A stretch of 64,000 bases of DNA from the human T2T-CHM13v2.0 reference genome, Homo sapiens. Every line of letters starts with the position of its first letter. Position 1 is the first letter of the stretch. The notes below the pieces were generated by a model. It saw only the letters and a list, made by a program, of their open reading frames with translations. It was not told where the DNA came from and did not search any database. Positions 39,731-54,692 of the stretch are shown piece after piece. Both the position numbers and the translations under genes were made by a program. The stretch lies in the NCBI RefSeq assembly GCF_009914755.1, contig NC_060926.1; one strand, given 5' to 3'.

Positions 39731-42700
39731 AACGAGAAAAACCAAGATAAAGAAAGACATAGACAGTTTTGATACATTTGTATATAATTTTAAAGCATGC
39801 AAAACAATATTATATAGTATTTATGGATACATAAATAAGCAGTAAAAGTAAGGAAGAATTTGTGAGAATGATAAACATCAAATTCAAGATACTGGTTTTC
39901 TCTTAGGAGGGCAGGAAAGGAATGTGTGGATATGGGTACCCAGGTGGTTTGAAATACATCTATAATTTTTTATTCATTTGAAATAAAATGAAAAATTCTG
40001 AAACAAATATGGCAGAGTACAAATGTTTATTCAAGCTGTGGGGAGGGAGTGAGAACTGTGCCATTGTTCTCTACATTTTCCTGTGTGTTTAAAATATTTC
40101 ATAAAATGAAAATAAAGGAAAAAATATTGGAAATTCACACAAATATATATGTATACATGCACATTTGTTTTTAAAGATTCTTCTCCTTTAAAACTTATAG
40201 CATACTCACTAAAGGCTAAATGGTACAAACAGATATGTTTGAGTTTGGTATCTTTACACTCACATAATGTTAAGCTCATATAGAATTTCAGTTGATTAAG
40301 AATAAAACTAACAGCTGTTTAAGCATTTTTTTCTTACTTTGAGTCATTATTCCTTTAAAAATAATTAGCCAATCTCACTAATCAGGTTGATCACAAACGA
40401 AAAGAAAATGTATTTATTTTGTGATGGTCTTCAGGACCCAGGAACTGAGCCATGAGCTCATGATGTTGTCTTTCAAGGCGATCAAATTGAATGAAGAATA
40501 ATACATCTTCAGCATTTAATATTTCCATGTTGAAACAGGGAAAGAATTATGAAGAGAGCTGGGGTAAGAGAGAAGGGGCCCCAGTAACCTGGGATGGGGT
40601 GAAATGACAAGAACACTGTCCCGGCACCAGTAGGTACCAGGTCCCAAATCTGTTCTTCCCAGTGTGTCCCACTTCTCTTTTCCAAATGGAGGGTTAGCTG
40701 TGTGATCTCAGTAGTCCCTCAAGGCTCTCGAATTCTGTGATTTTGCCAACCTAACGTGTTCTTTTCTGTGCCATTTTCAAAGGGAGACATAATTTGATAC
40801 AATTATATGCCTACCTTTAGTTGTATGTTTAATTTCAGTGTATTTACCTTACTGCTTAAGGTTCTCCTCACTCCTCACTTCTGTCTGCTGTTCATTTTGA
40901 ACTCAGCCCGGGACACATATGTGACACATTAAACTAAATACATATGTGATTTGTCCTTGGCTAACCTTGGTGTTCTCATAACCCTCCATTTTCCTATGGA
41001 GTGAATAAGAGTTGGTGTGATCTTAAAAAAATGGCTGCCAAGTGCACCTGCATTAGCTCTCTAACTACTTGGTTCTTAGTGAGTTAGGATGTAAATTATG
41101 TGCATTTTTGAGAACTTAGCTCTATAAATAGACCCCAACCTATTTTACAACCAAAGGTATTTTAGGATAAATGAAGTACATCTCTGAAATTGTTAAAGAG
41201 GCTCCTCCTCTATAATAAAAACTAAAAATAAAATCCATCTAATCTAATATTAGGGTTACATTAGAAATGGGCCAACATGCCTAAAATTATATATATAAAT
41301 GCATATTGATGATGGTGATGATGACCCTTTTGTTCTGAGCTATTAGAAGTAAATGGCATATAAAGTAATTAAAATAACAGAATTCTGGGAAGTGGTGGAA
41401 TGAGAAATTAAAAACTGATATAATTTTACATCCTTGTGGAAATCCATTGATCATAATTAGCACATAAGCTAAATCAGAATAAATGGGTAGATTCTAAAGT
41501 ACGAGCATAATATCATAGGTTATGGATAATGTATTTTCTTTTTATTTAATGGATATATGATTGGTTCTCAAATGCTGTTCAACTGGTAATGGAAATGGGT
41601 TTCCCTTAAAAGCCTTTTTTCTAAGCTTTCATAGCACCAAGACATTATGGTTTTCTTCAAATGTGATGTAGACCCCATGTACATGCTGTCAACTTAAACA
41701 GGTACTAGAATAGACAGCTCTGGGGTGAAGGGCAAGGGTCAAACAATCAGAGGTGGCCATCTATTGCAGAGATCATCAAACAGGCATGGCATCAATGGAT
41801 TCAGGCAAGAATGTTAGAAATTAATCAGCTCAGCTCTCAGTGTTTAGCCAGGCTGATTATATATGCCCTGGAATGTGAGCATGCGATGACAGGCCTGAGA
41901 AACTAAAGTAATAAGAGTCCATTCCCAACAAAGGCCGGGAAGACGGATCAATTTGCAATATTCTTTTCTGCACCCATGCAACAAAGCAGAAACATGAAAG
42001 CAGAACACTAAGGGATGCTCCCTATGAACTGGACAAATCAATAAACATCAGTGGTAAAGAAAAAAAGTTTCTCATTCTCTTGGGTACCCTGAGGGCTTTT
42101 CCATCTCAGGAAAGTGATGAGTGGTGGTGGCCTCTGTCATGTTCCCTTCACCTACACGGTGTCGTCTCCTGCCGTCTCAAGGTGAACACTGCTAAGCATC
42201 GGCAGAAGGAGGATTTTGTGGGAGTGTTTAAGGAAATGACTGCCTCTTGTTAGAGATGCGCTATGCTGGCCAGGAGGTGGATGGACAACTCTGTCTGTGG
42301 CCTCGGGGGGATACATTGAAGGGAGGGTCAAATGAAGTAAGATAGTGGGTCTCCCTAGCCCCCCAACCATACTAAATGAACCAGGTGAGTCTTTTCTACT
42401 GTCAGTGTTTGAAAGGCTGCATAATATTGAGGGTCCTCTTTATTTTCCTGGACTTAAGTCATCAATGGAGAGCAAGAAAAATAGTCAGCAGACAAAGAAT
42501 AGCCAGGAAGCAATTTAGAGATAGAAGAATATGCTTAGGTCTAAGACAGACTATTAACAGCTTGATTCCAATTCTGGCATAATGTGGCAGAGACCCAGAT
42601 CTCAATGCATGTGTGAGCATGCGCAAGTACTTGTGTACATCTGTGCAAGAATGTGTGTGTGTGCATGTACATATATAGGGATGAGAAGAAAGGGGCTGTC

Positions 42701-43532
42701 AGGGTAAGCACTCTCTGAAACTTATGAGACTGTCAGACTGATTCTTTTCTCTTCTAAATCATTTCCCATAAAACAAGGAGATGATTATCTGACTGCTAGA
42801 GGAAAGCGGGGTATTATATTTCATTTGGGGGGAATGTAGATTTATGGCAGATGGAATGGTTTTTCTTTTTTTAAAACCAACAGCCCAGCAATGGCAGAGT
42901 TTGTAGCATGAGTTAAAGCACTCACCTATGTTTTGCATTTTAAGCTGATGGGATTTACAGACATTTGTGGTGGTTTTGGGGGCTGTGCCATTGAAGGGAC
43001 TCTCAAGGAGTGTAAGGAAGGAGAAAGAGGCCATCTTGTACCTATTCAACAAAGACAGTGTTTTTCCAATACTTGCCCACGGTATTCTACAATTAGAGAC
43101 ATCTGTGTGTCAGGACAATGGTTAAAAGGGGTTTTGCAAAGGTGGAGGAAATGAATTTATTGACTAGTAGTGACAAAGCATCTACCTTCAGGCAACTTAC
43201 AGTCAGTGGTGAAGGTGGGTAAGGACCAAACTCGTCCACTATAAGGTGGTATTTCCCAGTAGAGGTCCATACCAGGCCCCATAACAGCACAGAGGAGGAA
43301 GGGCTAAGCCCCCCTGGATGGCCAGCGTGAGACAGTGTGGAAAGAGCAGGAGGCCGAGGAGGGTGATGTGCATCTGAGGATCTGTGAGTGGCTTAGATAG
43401 ATTGACTGGTGGGTGTACATTGATGAAGGGTGGAGTATGGAAAACAGATAAGTCCCACAGCAAGGGAGGGGAAGAATTCAGTTTTTGAAATTTGGAATTT
43501 TAATGGAGTTGGAAATGTGCCACAAGAGAGGG

Positions 43533-43537
<5 letters not shown>

Positions 43538-43590
<53 letters not shown>
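43538..43590. repeat. (AG)n microsatellite, about 26 units
   Basis: Read directly. Confidence 0.95.
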
Positions 43591-43593
<3 letters not shown>

Positions 43594-44077
43594 ACTTTGG
43601 TTGGGGAAATTAAGCTTTCTGACTAAAAGAAAAGGTATCCATCCCCCATCTTTTTTTTAAACTAGAGGAAAAAAGTGCCTTTTAATGACAACTCAGTCCC
43701 CGAGATGAGCATCATAAAAACGTGATGCCTGCTGCAGGTGAGTAGCCCTTCTTTCCTCAACAGTTCTTCATAATGAAAGAGCGAGGTTTCAGCCTTCCCC
43801 CCGTCTTAGCCTATGCCCTGTGGCACTGACCTGGTTTATCAGAGTTCTGCTGTAGGTGCCACACAGAGCACCAGCACATTCCCAACGTGTGGTGTGATTG
43901 TCCCAGGATGCAGGGGACACACATGCTACTTTACTTGCACACTCTGGATTACTCGCCTGTTAATAGTCACATTGCACTGCTTGCTGATCTTAAACCTGCA
44001 GGAATTCAAACCTCCTGGCCTTTTACATGTCAATGGCAAGAAGCCATTTTTCTGTCTTTCTCTACAATAGACATATT

Positions 44078-44277
44078 TGTTTATTTATTTTTAAATTTTA
44101 GATTCTGGGGGTACAAGTACAGGTTTGTTACATGGATATGTTTTGTAATGATGAAGTTTGGGCTTCTAGTGAACCCGTCACCTAAATAGTGAACATTTAG
44201 GTAATTTTTAACACTCCCCTCCTACCTTCCTGCATTTTGGAGTCTCCAGTGTCTATCATTTCCAGCTTTCTGTGTCC
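44078..44277 (-). mobile_element. L1PB/old L1PA 3' end fragment
   Basis: TTTTAGATTCTGGGGGTACAAGTACAGGTTTGTTACATGGATATG...GAACCCGTCACCTAAATAGTGAACAT...GGAGTCTCCAGTGTCTATCATT. Confidence 0.85.
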
Positions 44278-44474
44278 CTAAAACTGACATTTTGGACTTG
44301 ACAGATAAGAGGTTACCTTTTATGTCTTTATCACTTTTTTGGTCTTTTTGTATACTAATTATGGCTACCACAACTATGAGAAGCCATATTGCATTTAAAA
44401 GTGTTTATAACAAAATACTTTCATTTTAATAAGATTGGAAGTAACAATTTAAAAAATAAAAAATACAACTTTCT

Positions 44475-44972
<498 letters not shown>

Positions 44973-46261
44973 TCAGGTTACAACAATCTTCAAAATGAAA
45001 ATGTAAAATGGTTGCATAATATTCTGTAATGTGTCTATGCCATATTATATGGACATATTCCACTGTTGGACAATCAGGCTGTTTTCTATACATTAACCAT
45101 ATAGAAAGAGCAACAACCTTTTTTACATATTTTCCATTTTTTCTTTTATATTATTTTCCTGGGGTAAATTATAGGGGCCAAATTATGAGGTCAAAGATAA
45201 GCAGTGTTTTTATGGTTGTTGAAATGCAATGCCAATTGCTTTCTAAAACCCAGTGCCACCTCTTCCAGAAATGTGACAAACTTTCTAGGATTTCATCCTC
45301 ATTAGTGATGGCAGAGCCAAGACTAGTTATTGGTTATTGACCAACAATTACAAATTCAACTCAATGGGATGCCATTCTGCCTTCATTTTTTCCGTTTGGT
45401 GCTACAAATAGGAGAGCATCTGTGAGATATTTAAAGGCCAGAATCTTGCTTGCTGCCGTATTTCCAGCTTCTCATGCACAGCAAAGGCTCAACAAATATA
45501 GTTGAATGAATAAAATGCCTTCTGAATTCTATAACTTTTTTTTTTCTGACATAACATTCATTAACCTCATGAGAAACTGGCTTTGAAGGGAGGATGCTGT
45601 CATTCTGTAAGATCAGCTTCTGGCCAACATCTCATGACCTATCCTAGGCTGTGAAGATTTTTTAAGCACTCAGCTCTATTGTGGGTCCTGGGTCCAGTGT
45701 TCCAAGTGATATAGTTCTACTGTTGGACCCTGGAAGAAGATTGCAGCTGCAGAGTTCAGGAGCAGGGAGGTGTGTGGGAGGCCAAAGTGTGGGGAATCTG
45801 CTTTCCCTGGTTCTCCAGAGACATCCCCCATTTGCTCAGGATGGATCCATATTTACCATCATGCTTGGCCGGCCTCTCTACAGAGATCGCCCTGGAAGGC
45901 AACTACTTTGTTGAAATCTTTTTCCTGAAGTCCTTCTCCTTTCTCTTTTTGGATGTATTTATTCACATACATGCTTTGATTGACATGGCTGGCTCCTGCT
46001 AGATCTGAGTACCTTGGTAGTACCAGAAGCCAAGTGCTTCACTGTTAGTTGAGTAACAACTGGTTATGAACTAGAGGATCTGTTTATATCTTAATATATC
46101 AGTTTATACTAACAAATGAAACAACTGCTATTTTTCCCCTCCATCCCGCTATCAGTTGAGTGTTTATAATGTGCCAGACACAGTGCTAGATGCCTTACAT
46201 ATATTTTCTCTAATCTTTACAACAACCCTGTGAGGTAGGTATCCATATTACTGTCATCTAC

Positions 46262-46712
46262 TGTATCAGTAGGCTCCCAGCAGAAAACAGATGGCCCACT
46301 CAAATTAGGATAATTTGCAAAAAGTTCAGTAAAGGGACTCTTTACAAAAGTGTGCTTAGGATGCAGAAAATCTCAAACATAGTGTGCTTGGGGCTAGTAC
46401 TAGTGGTAGAGCCCCTTTGTTATAAGCCTAAGATTGAAAAGGGCAGAAAGGGAGTGGGTATGGGGTCTGGGGAGGCTGTTTGGGGATGCTGCCAATAGGA
46501 GTTGAATCTTTCTGCTGAGGGATAATGTTGGTCCACAGCAATCTTGCAACCCAGTGGAGCAAGGGGAATAAATATCCCAAGGTTATCCTTCTACCTGTCT
46601 CCACTCATCCATTGGGAAGCCAGAGGGCCAGGGAGCTTGCTCAGGTGTTCCATACTGTGCAAGGTGGAAAATGGTAATGGCGGGGTGGGGGGAATGAAAA
46701 GTATCCAGTACA
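46262..46712 (-). mobile_element. LTR33-like ERVL solo LTR
   Basis: TGTATCAGTAGGCTCCCAGCAGAAAACAGATGGCCCACTCAAATTAGGATAATTTG...TAAAGGGACTCTTTACAAAAGTGTG...ATCCAGTACA. Confidence 0.7.
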
Positions 46713-48206
46713 ATCACCAAGCTCAGTGATGGCTCTAGTATTTATCTCATTGTTGTCCTTTTCCTCTCCTAGTCCTATCTCAATTCTTGGTGATGGTGAA
46801 TTCAATATTCAGGTATTTGATCCATGAACACTGAGGCCTTTCAGTTATTTTACCTCTTCACATCCAAAATCTTTACCTCCTCCAATATCTTTGCCCACTC
46901 ACATGGTCACACTCATGACTTTGTCATCACCACTAACCTACATTCATTGAGACCTCCAGACCAGGGGTAATTCCTTCTTTTCACTATCTGTTTCTGTCTT
47001 CGTGTTCTCACTTTCTGCCTTTCCCAGGTAGGATTCCCAGGTTAATCATTAGTGTCACCTCCCCTGCAGGCTGGGTTACACCCCTGACTCCTTTGCTCCT
47101 CTCTGACTCTGTGGTCCTTTTGATAAAACCCAGCTCTGGTTAACACCATCACCTGTCTCCTTCATGTATTCACTTGAGTCAACCCTGTTGGAGAAAATGT
47201 ACGATTGGGCTAACTGATCTCATTAAAGTTAGGACCAAAATCTCAAACAAGCTCTCATTCAACCAGCCCACCTACTGCATTTCCCTAGAGGAACTGCTCT
47301 CTCTCCCTTCAAGTTATTATTTAACATTCCTCTCCTCAAATCTTGTATGCTTTCTCCTCCTGGCTCACTCCCAGATGAGCTTTTCTTTATTACCTAACCC
47401 CTACTCCCCACCACCCAAATCCACCAAGCTATCTGTATCTATTAATATGCTGATACCTTACCTCTTCCCTCCTGTCAGGGACATGTTCTGTGCATATTTA
47501 AATCCAACCTATCCACTTGTGTTCTAGGTCCTGTCTGCATCCTTTCTCAAGGACTTTGTGCTGCAGATTTCTCCTTTTCTGTATCACCCTTCCTGTAAAC
47601 TGGATGATTCCCATGGGCATCTAAACATGTTCTAATAGTTTCCATCATAGCATAAACTCACTTGTTCCGCATTCCATTTGTGTTTCTGGCTCATTTCTCT
47701 GCTCATCTTCACAGCAGATTGTCTTGATGTTGTTGTCTGTAGATACTCTCCCTGCTTCTTGACCTCACATTCTCTCCTAGTTGACTCCTGATTCTACTTT
47801 TCCACCAAAATGGTCCTTGTCAAGGTCACCAATGACTTTTGGGTTTTCAAATCTAATGGTCAGTATTTTGTCTTCATCTTCCTGGCCCTCTCAGCAGTGT
47901 TGGATATGGCTGACCACCCTCCTTCTTGAAACAATTTTTCTTATCTTTTCCATGGCAGCTGCTTTCTGGTTTTGCTCCGACCTCACTGGCAGCCCAGACT
48001 TAGTTTCCTTTGCTGGCTCCTTATCCTCTGCTTGACCTCTGAATGAGGGCATGAGTCAGGCCTTTCCTTTCTCCCGCTCTACACTACTGCTAGGTAATCT
48101 CATCATCTATGCAGTGACTGTGCTGAAATTTTTATCTCTAGTTCAGACCACTCCCTTGCATATTCAAATGCTGCTTGACTTCTCCATTGGATGACTAATA
48201 GGTATC

Positions 48207-48694
48207 TGTAGGAGACACTGCTGGGAGGTCCTGCAAACTCAAATCCTCTTCCTGAATGGGTACCTAGGCTGCATACTTCAGCCTCTCATACCAATAAGTG
48301 TGGCCTTGTGACAGATTTCTAGCCATGGTATGAGAACAGAAGTATGTGCACCACTTCTAGGTTTAGCCCATCAAAACCCCCCACAAGAGATCTCCCTTAT
48401 TCCTTGTCTTTCGTAGACTGATGCATATGAGCTCAGTGACTTTTAAAGCCAAATGTTGAAGATGGAGGGGCCACCACATGGAAGAAACCCGGGTCCCTGC
48501 ATTGCTATTTGGAGGAGAGCTGCCCACTAAGGAAGGAACCTGGGTCCCTGCATTGCCATTTGGAGGAGAGCTGCCCACTAATCAGGAATAACTGACTTGG
48601 ATTTCACCAGAGCAAGAAATAAAATCTTATTGTATTAAGCTATTGGATTTTGTTTTTGTCTGTAAGAGCAACTGAAATTACCTAAATTAATACA
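48207..48694 (+). mobile_element. MLT1 (I/J-type) solo LTR
   Basis: TGTA...TACA termini, AGAAATAAAATCTTATTGTATTAAGC near the 3' end, TSD GTATC/GCATC. Confidence 0.8.
48480..48581. repeat. 51-bp tandem duplication, 2 copies, 3 differences
   Basis: Copies at 48480-48530 and 48531-48581. Confidence 0.95.
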
Positions 48695-49943
48695 GCATCT
48701 TAACCTTAACCAGCATCTGTCCCTGCAGCTCTTTTGAGTCTCTTTATCCCAAAACTGCCTGTGTCCTGGTCTTGCTCGTATCAGCAAATGGTGCCATCAT
48801 TCATTGGCTTCTCAGCAGTAGAAGAGTGCCTAGCACACATTAGGTGCTCATCAATGCTTGCTGAATCACTACATCTGACCCTTGATTCATTTATTCCTCT
48901 CTCAGTCATCTGATCCATCAGTAAGTCCTGTAAGGTCTATTTCACAATATCCACCTGCTTCTCTCCACCTCTACTAAAACCATCTTAGCTCACATTTCTG
49001 CTGCCTGTAACTGGCATTATTGCAGTGACCTTTAACTAGACTCCCCCCTGTGCTCTTTCACCCTTCAATCCAATCTCCTCATAGCAGCTAGACTGATCTT
49101 TTGAAAATATAAGTCAGCTCCTATCATTCTCATGGTTCAAGTCCTCCAGTGGTTTCCCATTACATTTTGAATAAATTCTCAGTCCTAATGATGGTCTAAA
49201 GGGCTCTCTGTGGCCTGGCTGCTGCTTCCCTCTCTGAGCTCATACTGTTCCACTCACTCTTTGCTCATAAAGCTCTGGCCACACTGGCCTTTTTTCCGCC
49301 CAGGAACACCTCAGGCTTACTCCTGCCATTGGACTTTTACTGTAGCTGTTCCTTCTGTCTGAAATGCTCTTCCGTGCTTTCCCCACGGCCAGCTTCTTCT
49401 CGTCATTTCAGTTATCAGCTTAGTGCTATCTGCAGAGAGGTCTTCTCTGGTCTAAAGAAGCCCTACACTCACTCCCTTTCACAGTACCTTGTTTTATCTT
49501 TATCACCACACTTACAACTATTTGACATTTTCCTAAGAGTGTATTTTATGGTCTTCCCTCTGCCCCGACAAGGGACTTTGCTTACCTTGTTCGACACTGT
49601 GTTGCCATCACTAGTAACAGTATCTGGCTTTTAGTGTATGCCTAATACGTGGCTCAGGAAAATTAAGAAATTTACTTAAGCTTCTACAAGTTCAAACACA
49701 ATGGTGCTTCTTTGATTTATTCAGGGCTCATACATGACTTGGTCAGGCTTGTTGCCAAGATGAGTACTGTGAATTATTGTTATTATTTTTTTAAAGTTTT
49801 TAAATTTTACAAAAGTAATGTTTTTATTGAAGAAAATTTAGAAAATGTAAACAAGCAAAAAAAATAAATAATTAAAAGGTAGCTGTAATACAGCATCCCT
49901 GTGCTAACCACCATCAATATTTTGGTATGTTTGTTTGTTTATT

Positions 49944-49997
49944 TCCTTCCTTCCTTCCTTCTTTCCTTTCTTTCTTTCCTTTGTTTCTTCTCTTTTC
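49944..49997. repeat. (TTCC)n/(TTTC)n low-complexity tract
   Basis: Read directly. Confidence 0.8.
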
Positions 49998-50902
49998 TAA
50001 TTCTTTGTACACATGTTAAACAAAAGTGGCATCATTTTCTCACAGTGGAATATTGGACAAATCTCTTCATATAATATTAGTTTTGCTCAATAAGCATCTT
50101 CTTAGAGAGCACTTTAACTCAATGCCAAGTTTAGTGGTAGGTGTGTCTGTGAAAAGTTTTATTGGGTCTGCCACATGGATGCAGCCTCTGGTCATGGTAT
50201 TGTACCTCTGCAGGCATTGGATGATGCCTATTTATCACTGCCGCTGTCCTGCGGGTGGTGGTGAAAGTCAAGTAATGCTATGCTCTCTGTGGTTAATTTT
50301 TTTGTTCTTAAAGCTAAAAAGTGAGAGACCTATTGCAGAATTCTGTGACCCAGCTGGTTCAGTGGTGACAGGCTAACGTCTCCCAGAGTGACTGTAGCAG
50401 CTTGCAGATTGGCAGTAATGAAGCTGACCTCTATTACATGTAATAAAAATAGGACTCTTAATATAAACCTAAACAAGAGAGGGGCACAGTAAGGGCTGCA
50501 TTCTTTTTGCCTTAGGTCCTGGCAAATTATCATGTAGTTACTGAAGTCCTAAAAGGCAAGACATTCAGTGATAGTTTAGTTACAATTTACTTTTAAAATG
50601 CTGTACATTAATAGAATAATTATACTAATATAAGACATACTAATATAACAGACAAAGGGCAAATGATGTCAAACTTAATATCTTGGAGGTACAAAAAAAT
50701 TTGGCTTTTTAATGGTGTATTTGGTGGATTGGTCTAGAGCTATATTTTGACACTGATTTTGGTCAAAGGATAACCATTGTGTGTGAATAATTGAAGTGAA
50801 TCAGTCTCTCAGCTCATGTTGCTATGTACTCAGATGCTATAGATAAATCTTAACAATAGACCTCTTCTGTAGTTCTACAAGGGGATTTTCTATAAGATGT
50901 GG

Positions 50903-51391
50903 TGTGGCAGGCTGAGTTATGTCCCTCCAAAGATATTCACATCCTAATCCCTGGAACCTGTGAATATGTTATCTTACAGGGGAAGAAAGACTACAGATAT
51001 GATTAAATTAAGGATCTTGCAGTAGGGAGATTATGCTGGATGATTAGGATAAGCCCAATATAATCGCCAAGGTCCTTATGAAAGGAAGGCAGTAAGATCA
51101 GTGTCTGAGAGAGAAGATACAAGGATAAAAGTAGAAATCAGAGAGGAGTGAAGATGTTATTCTCCACCCGGTTTTGAAGAGAAAGAAGAGGCCACAAGCC
51201 AAGGAATGCAGGTGGCCTCTAGAAGGTGAAGTTAAGCAAACAATTTCTTTCCTAATGCCTCCAGATGGAATGAAGCCCTGTGGACCCATTTTAGATTCTT
51301 CACCTCCAGAACTGAGAGATAATAAATTTCTATTGTTTTAAGCCACAAAGATCATGGTAATTTGCTACAGCAGCCATGGGAAATTAATACA
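50903..51391 (+). mobile_element. MLT1D-like MaLR solo LTR
   Basis: TGTGGCAGGCTGAG...CCAAAGATATTCACATCCTAATCCCTGGAACCTGTGAATATGTTA...CCTCCAGAACTGAGAGATAATAAATTT...AATTAATACA. TSD TGTGG/TATGG. Confidence 0.9.
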
Positions 51392-53354
51392 TATGGTCAA
51401 TTTATAATTCATGAGAGACTCTAGGCCAGAATGCATGTCAACTCTGATCAATAGGTATGTGATGCCTAGGGCTCTGGGTTAAGAATGATTCTGAGGCTGA
51501 GTCTGTTCAGTGAGAGCATTACCACAATCAATCAGCAATGACTGCTAAGGGTTCAGGATGCACTTCTCTGCCTCAGACCTAAGTGTTTTTGGGGTGGGTA
51601 GGAGAGCATAACCTGCAGAGCCTAACAACAGGCCATTGCATGCAGCGCTGAAAGATGAGCTCTACACTGGGCCCTGATAGAAACGGAGATTGCCTAGGTA
51701 TGTGGGTTTCAGTGAATGATGCAGCTGAGCTTTCTTGAAAGGGGAAAGTTGTTGGCTTTACCCAAATATCTGGATATCCTAGAGGCCTTGGTTCCACTTA
51801 TGTCTGGTGATCCCACTAACTTATAATTTTGGGTCATTTGATATCCTGTTATTCCAGTTTACTAAAAACAAACTAAGCAAAATCTATTTTGGGGTAAAGT
51901 ATGAAAAATTACCCATTTTAAAAATCACGGAAGTTAGTACATCTTGCTTGTAAAAATCGAGCCACAGAATGGTTAATAAAACCTGGGATATATTATTTTT
52001 TTTAAAACTCTCTTTTCATTTGCTTTTAACTTTACCCGCTTTTCCCTATACCTCCCTTTTGGGACATGAATACACAACACCCACGTTCATGGAATCAGAG
52101 TCTTCTGGGAACAGTTGTACAAACTTGAAGATGAATCATGACTTGAGTTTTGAGGACTGTCTTGGTGAGTTAGAACCAAGACCTGCTGTTTGTTATTAAC
52201 AGCCTGGATGCTATTATCTATCCTCTTCTTTCTATGGTACAACTACAATCTGTGAACTCACAGAGGACCCCCTTGGCAGCTGCAGGACATAATTACCACA
52301 TTCCAGAATACCTTTTAGGCGTTTGGATCTATGGCTACCTCTTTGGATTGCTCCCCTGCTAACTAATATGTTACTGGCTTGACACAATTGACAGCCGGCT
52401 GTGCCGGTGGCAAAAGGACTGCCTCTGGGGTTGTCTCAAAATGAGGTTAATGATGGGCTAGATGAGCTCTCTGGGTTTTTTAGACATCATCTACCTGGGA
52501 GTGGAATGTGTGTGAGGCTCTGGTATGATGACAGCGGGGGCTCTCACCACACAGTGAGATGTACCAAATGGGCCAATTATTCTTCTAGGTGGATCATGGA
52601 AATTGTTTTGCTAATTTTGAATGTAATTAAAACAAAGCAAAGCAAAACAAAGCTAGACCATTCTTGCATCCACAAAAGGCCAGGAGTGATGAGTTGCAGA
52701 AGCCAGTGAAGTTGCATTTTCTCCTGGGTGATGGGGGGATGGGTTTCTTCAGCTTGTTCTTCCGTGTTCCCGCATATGACTGGGACAAGCCACAGGGTAA
52801 TGAGGTTTGGGCTGAAGTTTCAGTCTCTGACTGAAAGGAGACTTTGTCATTATTCTGATCAATTCACACATATTACAGATATGGAAGCAAAGGCCTGTAT
52901 GGGGAAAATGCTTTCTCAGGGATACTTAGTTTGTTAGCAGAGGAGTCAAAACCAGAATTTATTTCTCCCAAATTCTAGCTGGGGAGGGAGAAATCCTGAG
53001 GTTCTGCTGACTACCCATTGGATTGAAAGATTCTCATCCAAATATTGAACATCTTCTGGGCAGGAATTATGATTGCTCATGTCTATACCCCTAACACCTG
53101 CTACCTGGACAGTAGGAGGTGCTCAGTGAATGTTTGTTGAATGAATGAATAAATGTATGTACCACAGATAGTTCAGGGAGGTGGGAGAGTTGAAAGTTTC
53201 ATCCACTCTTAGAAACCAGAATAGGCCTTCTGAAGCAGGGGATTGGCTTTATCTTTATTGTCTTGTTTTTTTCTTAACTTTCATTAATCTTGCAATTATA
53301 TTAAAGATATCTCATGGAGTCCAAATGTCTAAAAATCTAATTACCTCTATAGAG

Positions 53355-53665
53355 CTGTGCCATCCAATGTAGTTGCCAATAGCCATTAAGCATTTGAAAT
53401 GTGGCTAGTTTGAATTGAGATTTGCTATAAGTATGGAATACACACTCAATTTCAAAAACTACAAAAAGGGAATATAAAATATTTCAGTAATTTAAAAAAT
53501 ATTGATTATATGTTGGAAGGATAATGTTTTGGATATATTGAGTTAAACATCTTATTAAAACTAGTTTCTCTATTACTTTTTTTTCCAATTTGGCTACTGG
53601 AAAATGTACAATTACACAGGTGGCTCACATTTGTGGTTTGCATTGTTTTCTATTGGAGAGCATTG
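53355..53665. mobile_element. MER33 (hAT-Charlie), 8-bp TSD
   Basis: GCATTTGAAATGTGGCTAGTTTGAATTGAG...GTGGCTCACATTTGTGG...CTATTGGAGAGCATTG. TSD CTATAGAG/CCATAGAG. Confidence 0.85.
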
Positions 53666-54279
53666 CCATAGAGCACTCGTTTTTGTGTTTGCTGGCCAAG
53701 TGGGTTGGATGGATTAAGAAGTTATTTATTTGATGAAGTATCAATTAGTTAGTGACTTTTATGTAAATATCCAGAGGATTACTACTACGTACCATTTGGT
53801 GAAGACATGCCTTCTTAGATCAGTTCCATTAGTAGATCTCACCATGTGTGAGTGAGAGACCAAATCTCAGAGAGGTTAAGTGCCGTGGAGCAGGATTAGA
53901 AGATGGACTTGTAGGACTTCAGATTTGTGCTCTGAGCCTCAGCTTTTTCAAACATGGTCCCTAGATGATGGCGTGGTATGTTCAGGACTGAGGGATGCCA
54001 CTAACACTTTATTACTCATATTAGTTAAAGGATCAAAGTTTGTGATTGCTTTTACTTATAAATTAGAGCAAATTCAAGGCTATCTCTGTGCATTCCTTTC
54101 TTACTTATTCCTCTTACTTACTTGAATTCTGACATATTTCCTTCTAAAGGGGGAGCAGGCAGGGAATTGGGTACACTCATAATAGGTTAATGGACACAGT
54201 CTCACCCTATACCACTCTCTCTCGATGACTATGTACTAGGCAACAAGTCAAGTGTCTTTTGATATCTGACCCCACCAAA

Positions 54280-54692
54280 TTCTTCCCAACCTCAGGGCTT
54301 TTGCACTTGCTCTTTCCTCTCCTTGAATGTAAGTGGAAGTTAATGCCCCCAATTTTAGCACTGTGAGTCTTTTCTCATCCTTTTGGTCTCAGCTTAAATG
54401 TTATCTCCTTGGAGAGGCCTTCACTGGGTTCCGAGTCATTCCTACCTGGTAGAAGCTATTTTTGACCTTCTTTGTCTTTTCATGTCACTTTTCCTAATCT
54501 GCAATTATTTTTATTCACTTTTGTATGAATATCAGCTTCACAGGAGGAGAGACAGGTTGCTCTTGTTTACCTCTGTATCCCAGTCACCTACCTGCTTTTC
54601 CCTATACCTCCCTTGTGTAGGACCTGGTAGAGACCTGGTAGAGAATAGAGGGTCCATACCTATTCGTTGAATAAATGCATGAATGAATGAAA
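54280..54692 (+). mobile_element. L2 3' end
   Basis: CCTCAGGGCTTTTGCACTTGCT...TCTCAGCTTAAATGTTATCTCCTTGGAGAGGCCTT...GTTGAATAAATGCATGAATGAATGAA. Confidence 0.8.

Larger units (their letters stand above)
46740..49650 (+). mobile_element. Long L2 LINE remnant, split by an MLT1 LTR
   Basis: C/T-rich + strand with L2 motifs (CCCACTCACATGGTCACAC; CTTGTCAAGGTCACCAATGAC; CTCCAGTGGTTTCCCATTACA) running to the 3' UTR. Confidence 0.8.
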
